From: Candidatus Eutrophomonas brisbanensis
GTDB taxonomy: Bacteria; Pseudomonadota; Gammaproteobacteria; Burkholderiales; Eutrophovitaceae
Reading direction: 5' to 3'
DNA: 64,000 nucleotides
NCBI GenBank assembly: GCA_038141705.1
Contig: JAYQIQ010000004.1
Span: 519,135-583,134 of the forward strand
Of the stretch, positions 12,633-24,704 are shown in pieces (position 1 is the first letter of the stretch; each line of letters starts with the position of its first letter). The notes under the pieces are model-generated. The model saw only the letters and a list, made by a program, of their open reading frames with translations, had not been told where the DNA came from and searched no databases. The position numbers and the translations under genes are program-made.

Positions 12633-14024
12633 TTAATTTTTCATACCGCGAACAATTTCGGAAAATACTCGCCCACGATCTTGGTAGTCCTTAAACATAT
12701 CGAAGCTGGCACATGCTGGGGAAAATAAAACCGTATCGCCGGACTCACATTTTTCTACTGCTATGCTAACCGCATCCGCTAATGTTCCTGCCAAAGCAAG
12801 CTCTACATTAAATTTGCAAAGACTCTCACGAATACGGTCCTTGTCCTGACCAAACAATACAACCGCCCGAGTTTTCTCCTCCAAACCGTTCAATAGATAC
12901 GAGAAATCCTGGCCTTTAGAAAGGCCACCAACGATTAGTACGCAACCACCTTCCATGCTACTGAGAGCCGCCCGCGTCGCACCCACATTGGTTCCCTTGG
13001 AGTCATTGATAAATCTTATCCCGTTCAAAAACGAAACCAATTGCATTCTGTGATCAAGACCAATAAACCCGCATATCGCCTCTAGGCTAGTGGGATTCGT
13101 AGGAACTATACAATCACAGATGGCTAAGGCAATAAGAGCATTCAGCTGATTGTGAATCCCGATAACCTTTAAATCGACGCAGCGAATTAGTGGGGTTTCG
13201 AATTTCGATAACCAAGCCTCTCCTCGCTTTTGCTGTATTCCCCACTCATGATTCCCGCGTGGGAGCGCCCACTCCAACTGATATAGTTTGACCAATTTCG
13301 GGAAACATGTTCATTATGAGCGGATCATCTCTATTAATTATCGGCGTGCCACCGCTAATATGAATACGCGACTTTTGGCCGCAACATAATCTGACATACT
13401 TCCGTGTCTATCCAGATGATCCTCTGAAATATTAGTAACGACCGATATATCAGACGAAAAAGAATTAGCAAGAGCCAATTGAAAACTCGATATCTCGAGC
13501 ACGAAAACCTCAGGTTTTTCAATTTCCCCTTGCTCTATCGATGAGAGTACATCCAGCACAGGAACCCCGATGTTCCCCACGGTTATGCTGCTAATAGAGT
13601 TTGCGTTTAGCACTTGGGCAACCATACTAGTAACTGTGGTCTTTCCATTCGTTCCCGTGATTGCGACTACTTTTGCCCCAAGATCAGTGCGATTTATTTC
13701 AAGGAATATTTCAACGTCACCAAAAATAGGAACATCGTGAGTTGCAGCACTATTAATAAACCCCGCCGGTAAATGAATACCCGGACTGGCTACTACAAAT
13801 AGAAATTCTCTAAGCTCAAGGTCAGGCAAATTTCCAGATAGACATCTCACCTCTGGATAATGCGTTCGAACATACGATAAATTTGGGGTATCTCTCTGCG
13901 AATCCCAGATACAGACATCAGCCCCTTTTGCTCGAAACCAACGAACAGCGGACCGACCCGTTTCTCCAGCACCTAGTACTAAAATACTTTGTCCTGCTAC
14001 GCGATCAAAAGAGAATTTTTTCAT
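12633..14024 (-). pseudogene. murD: UDP-N-acetylmuramoylalanine--D-glutamate ligase MurD; two frameshifts within about 100 nt
   Basis: Fragments 13338-14024 (ITGTNGKTTVTSM) and 12633-13295 (NDSKGTNVGAT) are joined by a third frame reading ISGGTPIINRDDPLIMNMFPEIGQTISVGVGAP. Shifts lie near 13355-13370 and at the G3 run 13261-13263. Confidence 0.92.
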
Positions 14025-14055
14025 TTAGACGTAACCGCGAGCTAATCTTATAACC

Positions 14056-15141
14056 TTATCGTAGCTTCAGCGTGGATAATCCGATTAACACAAGAATCAT
14101 CGTAATAATCCAGAAACGCACCACCACTTGATTCTCCTTCCAGCCTTTAAGCTCAAAGTGATGATGCAGAGGCGCCATGCGAAAGACTCTGTTACCGGTG
14201 AGTTTGAAAGAAATCACTTGGACCATAACTGAAAGGGTCTCAATCACAAATACTCCACCCATCACAAATAAGACAATTTCCTGCCGAACTGCGACGGCTA
14301 TCGTCCCCAGGGCCGCACCGAGCGCCAACGCTCCCACATCCCCCATGAATACCTCAGCCGGGTATGCGTTAAACCACAAAAAAGCAAGACCAGCTCCAGC
14401 AAGTGCCGCACAAAACACTGCGAGCTCACCAGCTCCCGGTATGTAGGGAAAAGCCAAATACGATGAGAATTGGATATTTCCAGCAACGTACGCAAATATC
14501 GCGAGCGCACTCGCTATCATTACCGAAGGCATTATGGCCAATCCATCAAGACCATCAGTCAAGTTCACAGCGTTACTCGTTCCTACGATGACTAAAAACG
14601 AGAAAATAATGAAACCGACCGCCCCGAGCTCTAACGAGTAATTTTTGAAAAATGGCAAAATCAACAACGTTTGATTCTCGCTAGCACCAAAAAAATAAAG
14701 CGATAGAGCCGCCAGCAACCCCAAAATCGTCTGCAGAAAAAACTTCTCTTTTGCACGAAGGCCATGAGGGCTTCGCTTAATTACCTTGCGATAATCATCA
14801 ATCCAACCAATCCCACCAAATCCAACCGTAACGAAAAAGACAATCCAAATTATCGGGTTACGTAAATCACCCCACAAAAGTGTCGTAATTGCGATAGATA
14901 TCAATATCAACGCACCACCCATTGTTGGCGTACCCGCCTTGACCCCGTGACTTTGGGGACCATCGGTTCGGATCGTCTGACCTATCTTGTATTCGCCAAG
15001 TTTTCGGATCATCAGTGGACCAACTAGAAACGAAATACCCAAAGCAGTCAACGCAGCTAAAACCGCCCTTAAGGTTATGTAGCCAAAAACATTGAAAATA
15101 CTAAATTGAGTAGCCAGGTACTGCGACAGAATTAAGAGCAT
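14056..15141 (-). CDS. mraY: Phospho-N-acetylmuramoyl-pentapeptide transferase
   Basis: 361 aa polytopic membrane protein; motifs [19 protein letters not shown] and [10 protein letters not shown]. Confidence 0.97.
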   Translation of the reverse strand: MLLILSQYLATQFSIFNVFGYITLRAVLAALTALGISFLVGPLMIRKLGEYKIGQTIRTDGPQSHGVKAGTPTMGGALILISIAITTLLWGDLRNPIIWIVFFVTVGFGGIGWIDDYRKVIKRSPHGLRAKEKFFLQTILGLLAALSLYFFGASENQTLLILPFFKNYSLELGAVGFIIFSFLVIVGTSNAVNLTDGLDGLAIMPSVMIASALAIFAYVAGNIQFSSYLAFPYIPGAGELAVFCAALAGAGLAFLWFNAYPAEVFMGDVGALALGAALGTIAVAVRQEIVLFVMGGVFVIETLSVMVQVISFKLTGNRVFRMAPLHHHFELKGWKENQVVVRFWIITMILVLIGLSTLKLR

Positions 15142-15153
15142 GAGTTTTCCTAT

Positions 15154-16513
15154 TTACGCCCGACGTCGGATTAAAAATTCACAAACTTTTTCCATCTTCA
15201 TGAATCGTGACCCCTTAACCAAACCCGTACCTCCCGAACCTATTTCCAGAGCGAGAGAATCAGTTAATTCATCCACGTTATCGAAGTGCTTGCCACTGGG
15301 ACCGAAAGCTCGAATGGTCTCGCGAGTAAGCTCGCCAATACCAAACAAAATATCGATATTGAGATCGCGAATTGTAGATCCCAAGGTCTTGTGAGCGATA
15401 GTCGCAAATTCTCCGAGCTCGCCCATGTCGCCCAATACAGCAATTTTTTTTCCATCGTAGGACGCCAAGCCCTCAAGCGCGACCACCATTGAATCTGGGT
15501 TGGCGTTATAACTATCATCGATTAACCGAACTCCATTTGCGAGAATAGAGATCTTGAATCTACCTTTAACACCTTCGAAATTTTCGAGGGCATTTTGGAT
15601 GGACTGCGCATCGACGCCTAGATGAACAGCAATCGCTGAAGCAGCTATCGCATTTTTTGCAAAATGTGTGGCGTCGGATTTTAGATTGAATGAGAAACAC
15701 CCCTCTGGGGATTGAAAATCTATTTGGCTCTTAGACGCAAATTCGGTTAATAGACCTCGATACTGTGCGTCAATACTGGTGCCGAACGTAACAATCGAAC
15801 CAGATGTCACCTTTTTTTTACAAAATTCCGAGTAGGCGTCATCCTCATTGATAAAAGCCATCCCATTGCTTGGAAGATTCTCAAATATTTCCGCCTTCGC
15901 TTCTGCTATGGCCTCCTCGATCCAAGTTCACCAATATGCGCTGTGCCAATATTAGTGATCATCGCAACATCCGGTTTTGCAAAATTTATCAAGGTTCTTA
16001 TCTCACCGGATGATTCATTCCCAGCTCAATAACTGCAAATTGATGCTCGCGGTTTAGTCTCAAAAGCGTTAGAGGAACACCAATATCATTATTTAAATTT
16101 CCAAAAGTCGCTAAGACATGTTGAGTGCCAAACTTCTCCGCCAAGATCGCCGCCAGCATTTCTTTTGTCGACGTTTTCCCATTGCTTCCCGTGATCGCTA
16201 TCACGGTTGGATTTAATTTTTCCCTCCACCACTTAGCTAGCATTCCTAAAGCTAATTTAGTATCTGGCGCTGAGAGAGTGGGTGTTTCTCTCACGCCTTC
16301 ATCCCGTCCATGCATGACCAAGACACACGCGGCACCTTTGGCCTCAGCCTGATCGATAAAGTGGTGCCCATCAAAATTAGGGCCTACTAATGCGACAAAT
16401 AGATCCCCCGGCTTAAGCGTTCTCGTGTCTGTGGACACTCCACTTATTTCGGTCATTCGTTCACCTGAAATTTTCCAAGAGAACTTTTTGACTAAATCAT
16501 CGATTAAAAACAT
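15154..16513 (-). pseudogene. murF: UDP-N-acetylmuramoyl-tripeptide--D-alanyl-D-alanine ligase MurF; two frameshifts
   Basis: Fragments 15998-16513 (ITGSNGKTSTKEM ... ELGMNHP) and 15154-15861 are bridged by a third frame reading GEIRTLINFAKPDVAMITNIGTAHIGELGSR. Shifts lie at 16006-16009 (CCGG) and near 15910-15920. Confidence 0.92.
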
Positions 16514-16534
16514 TCTTATTTTTACTTATCAGTA

Positions 16535-18065
16535 CTATTCTCTTATCTCGACTCTTCGTGCCAAAGCCGCTTTTACCGCATCAATGTCGCTAAATTTCAA
16601 TCTCTCCCCTTTGATTTCTTGGTATTGTTCATGGCCTTTACCCGCGACTAATATTAGATCTTCAGTTGTTGATAAATCTACGGCCCTTTGAATCGCACGC
16701 ATTCTATCGAGCTCGATTAGAAAGTGATCTGGATTGGCGCCAACAATTTGGTTTGCTATTGTTGACGGGTTTTCTGAGCGCGGATTGTCATTGGTCACGA
16801 TTGCAATATCTGATAAGGCGCTCACTGTCTCTCCCATGAGTGCTCTCTTTTCTTTATCGCGATCACCTCCAGCTCCGAACACGCAGATAATTCTCGATTT
16901 AGGTTGCTTTATTTTTTGTAACGTACAAAGTACTTTTTCTAGCGCATCGGGAGTATGTGCGTAGTCGACATAGACGAGTGGCTTCTGGTCATGCTCTACG
17001 ATTTGCAATCTTCCAGCCGGTGCTTTTGTTTTTTTCAACACTCCTAATATTTTCTCGATCGAATATCCCACGTAACTCAACACTGCGATTACCGCCAGTA
17101 AATTACTTACGTTGAAGTCGCCACTAATTGGCACCTCGAACGTGTAGGTTTTTGCGTGCCCGAAGCTCGAATGAAGTACTTGAAGGGGAAAGCTGAATAT
17201 TTTTCGCACAGAAATCTGCATCAGCATCGAAACCATAAGTCATCACACGTATTTGGCGAGAGATTAACTGGTTCGTTAACAATCTTCCGAACTCATCGTC
17301 GATGTTTATCACCGCACAACGCATTGCTAGATCTTCAAATAAACGGGCCTTTGCCGCGCCATACGACTCCATATCTCGATGATAATCAAGATGATCGCGA
17401 GATAGGTTCGTAAAAACTCCAACTTCAAATCGGACACCATTTACCCGATCTTGTGACAATGCGTGCGAGGAGACCTCGATAGCAGCTGATTTTGCATTAC
17501 GCATCAGAAAGGTCTGAAGTATCGCTTGGATGACGATCGAGTTTGGTGTGGTGACTCCATCGAGACCCTCTAGCCTTACCTGTTTACCCGCGAAGTTACC
17601 ACCCAAAGTTCCGATCGAACCACAAGTATTGCCCAGCTCAGTTAGAGCATCCGCTAACCATTTAGTAACAGAGGTTTTACCATTCGTTCCTGTAACACCA
17701 ATTGTCATCAATTTTTCTGATGGATTACAGAAAAAATCAGATGCCAATAAACCCGCTATCGCACGAAGGTTTTTAACAGGAAGGTTCGGGATACTCCAGT
17801 CGTTATTCCACTCAAAGTTACTCGGTTCCCATAGGACTCCCGAGCAACCACTTAGAATCGCGGAATGAATAAAATCTCTCCCGTCAGTTGATGCCCCTGG
17901 GAAAGCTAAAAATAACTCTTTTTTTTTAATCGTTCGAGAGTCTATCGAAATACCAGCGAAATCAGGAATAGAAGAATGAATCCAAGATTTCACATGTGTA
18001 AATTCTTCGTGGCTATCCTTTCTTGAATATGCAGATTGGGAGATATTGTGGATACCGCCCGTCAC
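16535..18065 (-). pseudogene. murE: UDP-N-acetylmuramoyl-L-alanyl-D-glutamate--2,6-diaminopimelate ligase MurE; one frameshift
   Basis: Fragments 17124-18065 (GVTGTNGKTSVT) and 16535-17236 (DNPRSENP; GKGHEQYQ) overlap out of frame. The probable site is the G4 run at 17185-17188. Confidence 0.92.
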
Positions 18066-19795
18066 CCGTTACCTCGATCTTGGCTCGACTTAGCCTCCTG
18101 AAGGACCTTCGAGTCACCGGGGATTTTCAATATCCTCAAAGCTCCTTCCATTACATTTTTAAATACAGGAGCAGCCACTTCAGAGCCGTAATACTTTCCA
18201 GCACTTGGCTCATCGATCATCACAGCAACAATCACGCTCGGGTCAGATACTGGAGCCAAACCAACGAATGACGAGACATATTGGTTCGCAGAATATTTAC
18301 CTCCAACCAATTTATGAGCCGTTCCCGTTTTTTCTGCAACCCGGTAGCCAGCTATCCTCGCTCTAGTGCCGGTTCCCCCTTCTTCAGTCACGGTCTCTAG
18401 CATCTTCAGCACAGTTTGGGCAGTTTGTTCAGAAATCACCCTCCCTCGAGCGGGAGTCCCGTCAACCTTAATGAAAGAAATGGGCGCTACCTCGCCGTCA
18501 TTTGCAAAGATCGTGTAGGCGCGCGCTAACTGCAATAAACTCACTGACACGCCATGTCCATAGGACATGGTCGCTTGCTCTATGGGTTTCCAACTCACAA
18601 AATTTCGGAGTACACCCGAGGCCTCACCCGGAAACTGCGATTCTGGCGGCGCTCCGAATCCCACTCCAGATAAAACGTTCCAGAATTTCTCTGGCTCCAT
18701 GCTTAATGCTATTTTCGCTGAGCCAACATTCGATGATTTCTTGATTATTTGAGATACGGTCAAGAGGCTCTCATCGGGGTGAGAATCGGATATCGTACGG
18801 CGGCCAATTCGCATAAATCCTGACTCGATATCGATCACTGAGTCTTCCTTAACAGCATGGCTGTCGAGGGCCGCCGCAATAGTGATTGGCTTCAATGTTG
18901 ATCCCGGTTCGTATACATCGACAATGGCTTTATTACGAGTACGCGAGAAATCAAAAGTCGCACGATTATTCGGATTGAAACTAGGGTAATTCGCTAAAGC
19001 GAGTACCTCTCCAGTTTGGGCGTTCAACACAACAACGCTCGCTGATTTTGCTTTGTGCTCGATCGCGGCTTGCTGCAATTCCCGGTAAGCAAGGAACTGC
19101 AATCGTTTATCGATAGAAAGAATTACGTCTTCACCATTTTCAACCTCTCGAATTAGTTCAGCCTGCTCAACAATCCGTCCTTTGTTATCACGAACCACAC
19201 TCCTACTTCCCGATTTCCCAGACAGTGATTCCTGGAAGGCCCGCTCAAGACCTTCCTGACCTTTATGATCCAAGCTCGTATAGCCTATCAGCTGCGCAAA
19301 AATCTCCGCCTCCGGGTAGTACCTCTTGTATTCAGTCTCCAACGAAATTCCATCAATTCCCAAATTAACGGCTTTTTTAGCCTGATTGGGTGGCATCTGT
19401 CTTTTGAGGTAAACAAAGTCGCGGTTGTGCTGAGATAGTTTTTGTTTAAGCGTTTTTTTTGAAACTTTTAAAATCTCAGTTAGCGCTTTAATTTTTTCTT
19501 CCGACAATTGGTCTAGGTCTATTTTGGAAGGAACAGCGTAAACAGAGTCTACCGATGTACTTATAGCGAGTGGTTGGCTATTTCGATCTTTGATCACACC
19601 TCTACTCGCGATCAACTCCAACCGTCTGTCTGAACGCTGCTCCGCTTGGGACTGTAAAAACTCCTTGTTGATGCTTTGACAGTAAAGAGCCCGCGCCGCC
19701 AAGGAAATAAACCCCGCAAAAAAAAGCATCACCACAAGTCGCGCCCTCCACACAGGCAAACGATTACTCAGGGCTGGGTGAGATTTTGGGGTCAT
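18062..19795 (-). CDS. ftsI: Peptidoglycan D,D-transpeptidase FtsI (PBP3)
   Basis: Class B PBP motifs GSTLKP (SxxK), SSN and KTGT; N-terminal TM anchor; dcw position. Confidence 0.95.
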   Translation of the reverse strand: MTPKSHPALSNRLPVWRARLVVMLFFAGFISLAARALYCQSINKEFLQSQAEQRSDRRLELIASRGVIKDRNSQPLAISTSVDSVYAVPSKIDLDQLSEEKIKALTEILKVSKKTLKQKLSQHNRDFVYLKRQMPPNQAKKAVNLGIDGISLETEYKRYYPEAEIFAQLIGYTSLDHKGQEGLERAFQESLSGKSGSRSVVRDNKGRIVEQAELIREVENGEDVILSIDKRLQFLAYRELQQAAIEHKAKSASVVVLNAQTGEVLALANYPSFNPNNRATFDFSRTRNKAIVDVYEPGSTLKPITIAAALDSHAVKEDSVIDIESGFMRIGRRTISDSHPDESLLTVSQIIKKSSNVGSAKIALSMEPEKFWNVLSGVGFGAPPESQFPGEASGVLRNFVSWKPIEQATMSYGHGVSVSLLQLARAYTIFANDGEVAPISFIKVDGTPARGRVISEQTAQTVLKMLETVTEEGGTGTRARIAGYRVAEKTGTAHKLVGGKYSANQYVSSFVGLAPVSDPSVIVAVMIDEPSAGKYYGSEVAAPVFKNVMEGALRILKIPGDSKVLQEAKSSQDRGNG

Positions 19796-20072
19796 CTTTG
19801 GGTCGGCGCGGGAGGGGAGGAACCATCACTGTATCAACCGACTTCGGGTACTGCATGCCTAATTTCTTGATAGATAAGCTTTCTACTCTCGATGGAGTTG
19901 CCAAGTAGCCGCGCTCGAGCAACAACTTAGTGTGCTGGGAATTGATCTCTTGCTCGATATACCTCAACTCCTCATAACTACGAAATAATTTTCGACTTTC
20001 ATTCCTGGAGGTCACTAGCCCCAACGCTGAAACAATCAGCAACAAGAATAAAAATCCCGCTGCATTATTCAT
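19764..20072 (-). CDS. ftsL: Cell division protein FtsL
   Basis: 102 aa with an N-terminal TM followed by a coiled-coil-like region; sits between rsmH and ftsI. Confidence 0.75.
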   Translation of the reverse strand: MNNAAGFLFLLLIVSALGLVTSRNESRKLFRSYEELRYIEQEINSQHTKLLLERGYLATPSRVESLSIKKLGMQYPKSVDTVMVPPLPRRPKDDPKISPSPE

Positions 20073-21061
20073 TGCATCATCTCCGCAACTCTTAAAACGG
20101 CACTTCTAGCGCGAGGATTTTTATTAATCTCATCCTCGGAAGGCTTGATCGGCTTACCCACAACTTTTAATAGCCCGACTGGGATATCCGCCTGCCTAAG
20201 CGGTATTTTTGAAGGGATATTTGAAGAAGATTTTTCCCGTAAGAACTGCTTTACCACTCGATCCTCTAGCGAGTGAAAACTTATGACGGCAAGCCGCGCG
20301 CCTTTTCGCATGATTCCCAAAACCGAGCGCAGAAATATATCGAGCTCCTCGAGCTCTCCATTAACCAAAATCCGGACAGCCTGAAATGTCTTCGTCGCTG
20401 GGTTTTTCTTAAGATTATTTCGAGATGGAATAGCGGATCGCACAATTTCAGCAAGCTGAGAGGTTCTGTTCAGCGAATTAGATTCCCTAAAGTTACAAAT
20501 TGCCCGTGCGATTTTTTTTGCATGTCTTTCTTCGCCAAATAGATAGATAACCCTGGATATTTCCTCCTCAGTTGCATCAGCTAACCACTCAGCAGCACTT
20601 AAACCATGCTCGGTATCCATGCGCATATCTAGAGGACCGTCTTTTTGAAAACTGAACCCACGCGAAGCGTCGTCAAGCTGAGGAGAGGAAACCCCAAGGT
20701 CAATTAAAAATCCGTCGACTTTACTAATTCCCCTCTCATCCAATACCTTTTGGATCTCAGTAAAACTAGAGTGAATTATGGAAAAACAAGGGTCAGTAAA
20801 CTGCTCCCCGTACCTCACCGCCTCGGGGTCCTTATCAAAGGCCAATAACAGGCCAGACCCCCGCAATCGCTTCAGAATTTCTTTGCTGTGCCCGCCACGG
20901 CCGTAGGTTCCATCAACATAAGTCCCACCTGGCTTTACGTTTAGAGCAGCAACAGCCTCTGCAAGCAGGACAGACTGGTGAGCGCCGGCGCTCGTTTTAC
21001 CCTCAATTTTTGAGCTATCAGAGCGCAAAATTTTCCATTCCCGGCGGCAATGGGTCTCCAT
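20069..21061 (-). CDS. rsmH: 16S rRNA (cytosine1402-N4)-methyltransferase RsmH/MraW (start uncertain; overlaps the mraZ end)
   Basis: HQSVLLAEAV...DGTYGRGGHS, SPQLDDASRGFSF and ISFHSLEDR motifs. Confidence 0.95.
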   Translation of the reverse strand: METHCRREWKILRSDSSKIEGKTSAGAHQSVLLAEAVAALNVKPGGTYVDGTYGRGGHSKEILKRLRGSGLLLAFDKDPEAVRYGEQFTDPCFSIIHSSFTEIQKVLDERGISKVDGFLIDLGVSSPQLDDASRGFSFQKDGPLDMRMDTEHGLSAAEWLADATEEEISRVIYLFGEERHAKKIARAICNFRESNSLNRTSQLAEIVRSAIPSRNNLKKNPATKTFQAVRILVNGELEELDIFLRSVLGIMRKGARLAVISFHSLEDRVVKQFLREKSSSNIPSKIPLRQADIPVGLLKVVGKPIKPSEDEINKNPRARSAVLRVAEMMQ

Positions 21062-21461
21062 CGGAACCGATAGAGGAAATCTGGCTTACCCACTCATTAT
21101 CATTCCACAGCTCGAAATGGTTACCCTGCCCGACCAGCATGACCTTTTTTTTGATTGAAGCGAATTCTCTGAGAGCTGGAGATATCAGTATCCGTCCTGA
21201 AGCGTCCATCTCAAGCTCTTCGGCGAAACCAATCAGGAGCCTTTTCCATAAACTGAGTTTCGGATCGAAACTCGAGAAGTTCATTATTTTGGACCTAATT
21301 GGATCCCATTTTTCTTCAGGATATAGAATTAAACACTTATGAGGGTGAGAAGTTAGTACTAACTTTTCTTTACCTCCATGGGATAGTGTATGGCGATGTT
21401 TTGTTGGTATAGATAACCTGCCTTTGGCATCGATATTGATCGCCGTGGCCCCTTGAAACAT
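21018..21461 (-). CDS. mraZ: Transcriptional regulator MraZ
   Basis: Two MraZ-type repeats (DAKGRLSIPTKHR and DASGRILISPALR); first gene of the dcw cluster. Confidence 0.95.
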   Translation of the reverse strand: MFQGATAINIDAKGRLSIPTKHRHTLSHGGKEKLVLTSHPHKCLILYPEEKWDPIRSKIMNFSSFDPKLSLWKRLLIGFAEELEMDASGRILISPALREFASIKKKVMLVGQGNHFELWNDNEWVSQISSIGSDGDPLPPGMENFAL

Positions 21462-21496
21462 TACCTTTTATCCCCTTGGTATAAATTTATAGACAA

Positions 21497-21536
21497 TTCT
21501 ACCCTCTTTATACCACTTTTTTCTACTTTATCCCAC
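21497..21536 (-). promoter_or_regulatory. Candidate MraZ operator: four 10-nt-phased GTGGG-like direct repeats upstream of mraZ
   Basis: The gene strand reads GTGGGATAAA|GTAGAAAAAA|GTGGTATAAA|GAGGGTAGAA, 36-75 nt upstream of the mraZ ATG. E. coli MraZ is known to bind phased GTGGG-type repeats in its own promoter. Confidence 0.45.
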
Positions 21537-21627
21537 TTTAATTCAAACTCTGAAAAATATCCCTCAAAAAGATCATTGAAAAATGTTCTTTTAAAAAATA
21601 AGTGTATGTTTTTTATATATTATTTAA

Positions 21628-22009
21628 GATTGAAGTCGGCCTGTAAGCCGGGTTCTGTCTTTCAGAAGTATTCTGAGAGGCAATCATTCATCTAGGTCAA
21701 AAGTTACCTATTGACTCAAGCAACCTACCCGGGGACAACGCGAGCAACGTATAAGTCCCTCTATTTGGTCTTGCTCCAGATGGGGTTTACAAAGCCAGCT
21801 TTGTTACCAAAGCTGCGGTGAGCTCTTACCTCGCCTTTTCACCCTTACCAATAACTACCGATTTCGATTGGAATTGGCGGTATATTTTCTGCTGCACTTT
21901 CCATCGCCTCACGGCGTCCGGCTGTTAACCGGCATCTCGCTCTTCGGAGCCCGGACTTTCCTCTCTCCACCGAAAATTACGGTGCACAGCGATTGCCCGG
22001 CCGACTTCA
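21628..22009 (-). ncRNA. rnpB: RNase P RNA, bacterial type A
   Basis: The minus strand reads GAAGTCGGCCGGG...GAGAGGAAAGTCCGGGCTCC...GGTAAGGGTGAAA...GGTAAGAGC...ACAGAACCCGGCTTACAGGCCGACTTC. It shows the universal CR-I/CR-V blocks and P1 pairing between the 5' GAAGTCGGCC and the 3' GGCCGACTTC. Confidence 0.95.
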
Positions 22010-22044
22010 ACTAGAATTTTAACGAAATAAAGTATTTATAAACA

Positions 22045-23076
22045 TCACTGAAGCGTCCACTTGACCGTCTCACCAGACCTAAATGGCACCAAACACCCGT
22101 TCTCAAACTCAAGAGCATCTGGAACACTTTCTTCTTTCCTCCCTAAAACGAGCATCTCCGAATTGACTGGAAGTCCATAGAAATTTGCCCCATGAACAGA
22201 CGAAAAATCCTCGAGCATGCTCAACTTTCCAACAGAATCAAATACTTCCGCGTAAAGCTGCATCGCTGAGAAAGCAGAGTAAATTCCCGCACATCCACAG
22301 CTCGATTCCTTCGTCATCTGCTCATGCGGCGCGCTGTCGGTACCAAGAAAAAATTTATTACTACCCGATGTGGCAGCTTCTAACAAAGCCAAACGATGTT
22401 CCTCTCGCTTTACAATCGGGAGGCAATAGTGATGGGGTCGAATACCGCCTTTAAAAAGATCATTTCGATTCAAAATTAAATGATGCGGAGTGATGGTTGC
22501 AGCCACATTTTCGCCAGCTAAATTAACAAATGACACCGCCTGTTTAGTGGTTATGTGCTCCAGGACTATCTTGAGTTCAGGAAACTTCTCCAGCAAAGGC
22601 TTTAGGATTAAATCAATAAAAACCTTTTCGCGATCGAATATATCGATTTCTGCCGAGGTGACCTCGCCGTGTACTAATAGCGGCATACCATGACTGACTA
22701 AAGCTTCAAATACCGCATAGCATTTCCTGATATCGGTAACCCCGGAGTCGGAGTTTGTGGTTGCACCAGCGGGATAATACTTAACTGCCTTGATTACATT
22801 AGAAGCCACCGCTCGATCAATCTCTTCAGGGGTCGTGTTATCAGTCAAATAAAGTGTCATTAATGGCTCAAAGCGACAGCCCTCGGGAACAGCACCAACA
22901 ATTCTTTCCCTATAGGCAAGCGCAAGATCTGTGCTAACAACGGGGTTACGCAGATTCGGCATAACAATCGCCCGAGAAAACTGGCGCGCGGTATGAGGCA
23001 CGACCAATGACAACATCGAGCCATCTCGTAAATGCAAATGCATATCGTCGGGTTTTCTGATTTTAAGAAGATCCAT
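22045..23076 (-). CDS. pyrC: Dihydroorotase (E. coli-type)
   Basis: LKIRKPDDMHLHLRDG, LVHGEVT, EHITT, YCLPIVKR and FLGTDSAPH align along the full length with E. coli PyrC. The start is trimmed to MDLLKIRKPDD at 23076. Confidence 0.95.
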   Translation of the reverse strand: MDLLKIRKPDDMHLHLRDGSMLSLVVPHTARQFSRAIVMPNLRNPVVSTDLALAYRERIVGAVPEGCRFEPLMTLYLTDNTTPEEIDRAVASNVIKAVKYYPAGATTNSDSGVTDIRKCYAVFEALVSHGMPLLVHGEVTSAEIDIFDREKVFIDLILKPLLEKFPELKIVLEHITTKQAVSFVNLAGENVAATITPHHLILNRNDLFKGGIRPHHYCLPIVKREEHRLALLEAATSGSNKFFLGTDSAPHEQMTKESSCGCAGIYSAFSAMQLYAEVFDSVGKLSMLEDFSSVHGANFYGLPVNSEMLVLGRKEESVPDALEFENGCLVPFRSGETVKWTLQ

Positions 23077-23098
23077 TGAACTACTCCTAAACTTTCCT

Positions 23099-23995
23099 CT
23101 AATTTTTCTTATTCTCAATCTCCAGAGCTAATTCGTACATGTCGCTACGCGAAAGCCCTAAAAACTGCGACGCAATGTCAGCCGATTTCTTGGTAGATAA
23201 CTCAGAGAGAAGCAACTCCAACAATCGCTTACCTTCAGCCAAATTTGTATCGTTATCCAATCGGTCTGGCGAGCCAGACAGAAGGAGAACAAATTCACCG
23301 CGACTACGGTACTCATTCTCTCTGATCCAGGCGGAAGCGTCGTTTATCGCAACCACAGCAATCTCTTCGTTTGCCTTAGTCAATTCCCGACAAATTGTCA
23401 GCTTCCAAGTTTCCGGAAGTAAACGCCCAATCGAATCAACCGTATCTATTATGCGGTGTGGTGCCTCGTAAAAAATGGTTGGCAATTGACGAATTTTAAC
23501 CATCTCAAGTATCGAATCTCTTTTGGTTTTTTTACTCGGTAAAAACCCTTCGAAAACGAAATTTTCGAAGTCAAAACCCCACACAGAAAGAGCTGCAACC
23601 AAGGCACAGGAGCCAGGAATTGGCGTTACAGGAAAACCTTCCTCTCTAACTCGCTTCACAACAACTGCGCCCGGATCGCTAACACAAGGGGTACCAGCAT
23701 CGGTCGTCAAAGCTACATGTTTGCCTTCGCGAATTAATTTGAGAATACCTTCCGCAGAGTTCTTGGCATTATGTTCTCTAGAGGAGATGATCTTTTTCTT
23801 GATTCCAAGATGCGAGAGTAACTTGGCACAAACTCGCGTATCCTCCGCAGCAACAATGTCTACTGTTTGCAGAACCAATCTCGCTCTCTGAGTAATATCG
23901 TCTAGGTTCCCGATCGGGGTCGCTACTACATATAGCCTGCCGCACGATAAAACATCAACCGAGCCAGAGTTACCAACTTCTTCTCTCGATTCCAC
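23099..23995 (-). CDS. rsmI: 16S rRNA (cytidine1402-2'-O)-methyltransferase RsmI
   Basis: LYVVATPIGNLDDITQRA...AAEDTR and TDAGTPCVSDPG (tetrapyrrole-methylase fold, YraL family). Confidence 0.92.
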   Translation of the reverse strand: MESREEVGNSGSVDVLSCGRLYVVATPIGNLDDITQRARLVLQTVDIVAAEDTRVCAKLLSHLGIKKKIISSREHNAKNSAEGILKLIREGKHVALTTDAGTPCVSDPGAVVVKRVREEGFPVTPIPGSCALVAALSVWGFDFENFVFEGFLPSKKTKRDSILEMVKIRQLPTIFYEAPHRIIDTVDSIGRLLPETWKLTICRELTKANEEIAVVAINDASAWIRENEYRSRGEFVLLLSGSPDRLDNDTNLAEGKRLLELLLSELSTKKSADIASQFLGLSRSDMYELALEIENKKN

Positions 23996-24112
23996 TTTAT
24001 AGACCTTCCAGATAATCCAGAAAAATTAATTTTGACTTCATTCTCTCAAGATGGATAGTTTATCGTTTAGAATGGCTGCAGTTAAACACAATTTGTGAAA
24101 GATTAAGATCAC

Positions 24113-24701
<589 letters not shown>

Positions 24702-24704
24702 AAA

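Noticed and set aside
448-18065. Genuine pseudogenisation of secA, murB, murD, murF and murE (reductive evolution, loss of the cell wall)
   Set aside because: The interspersed genes (ftsZ, ftsA, murC, murG, ftsW, mraY, ftsI) are intact. The broken genes keep all catalytic motifs on both sides of each break. Each break is a single base, often in a run. This pattern fits sequence error better than decay, but it remains testable (see the first finding).
21453-21695. 80-aa plus-strand ORF upstream of mraZ
   Set aside because: It runs through the AT-rich mraZ promoter/operator region and into the 3' end of rnpB (21628-22009). The RNase P RNA assignment explains the conservation-like sequence.
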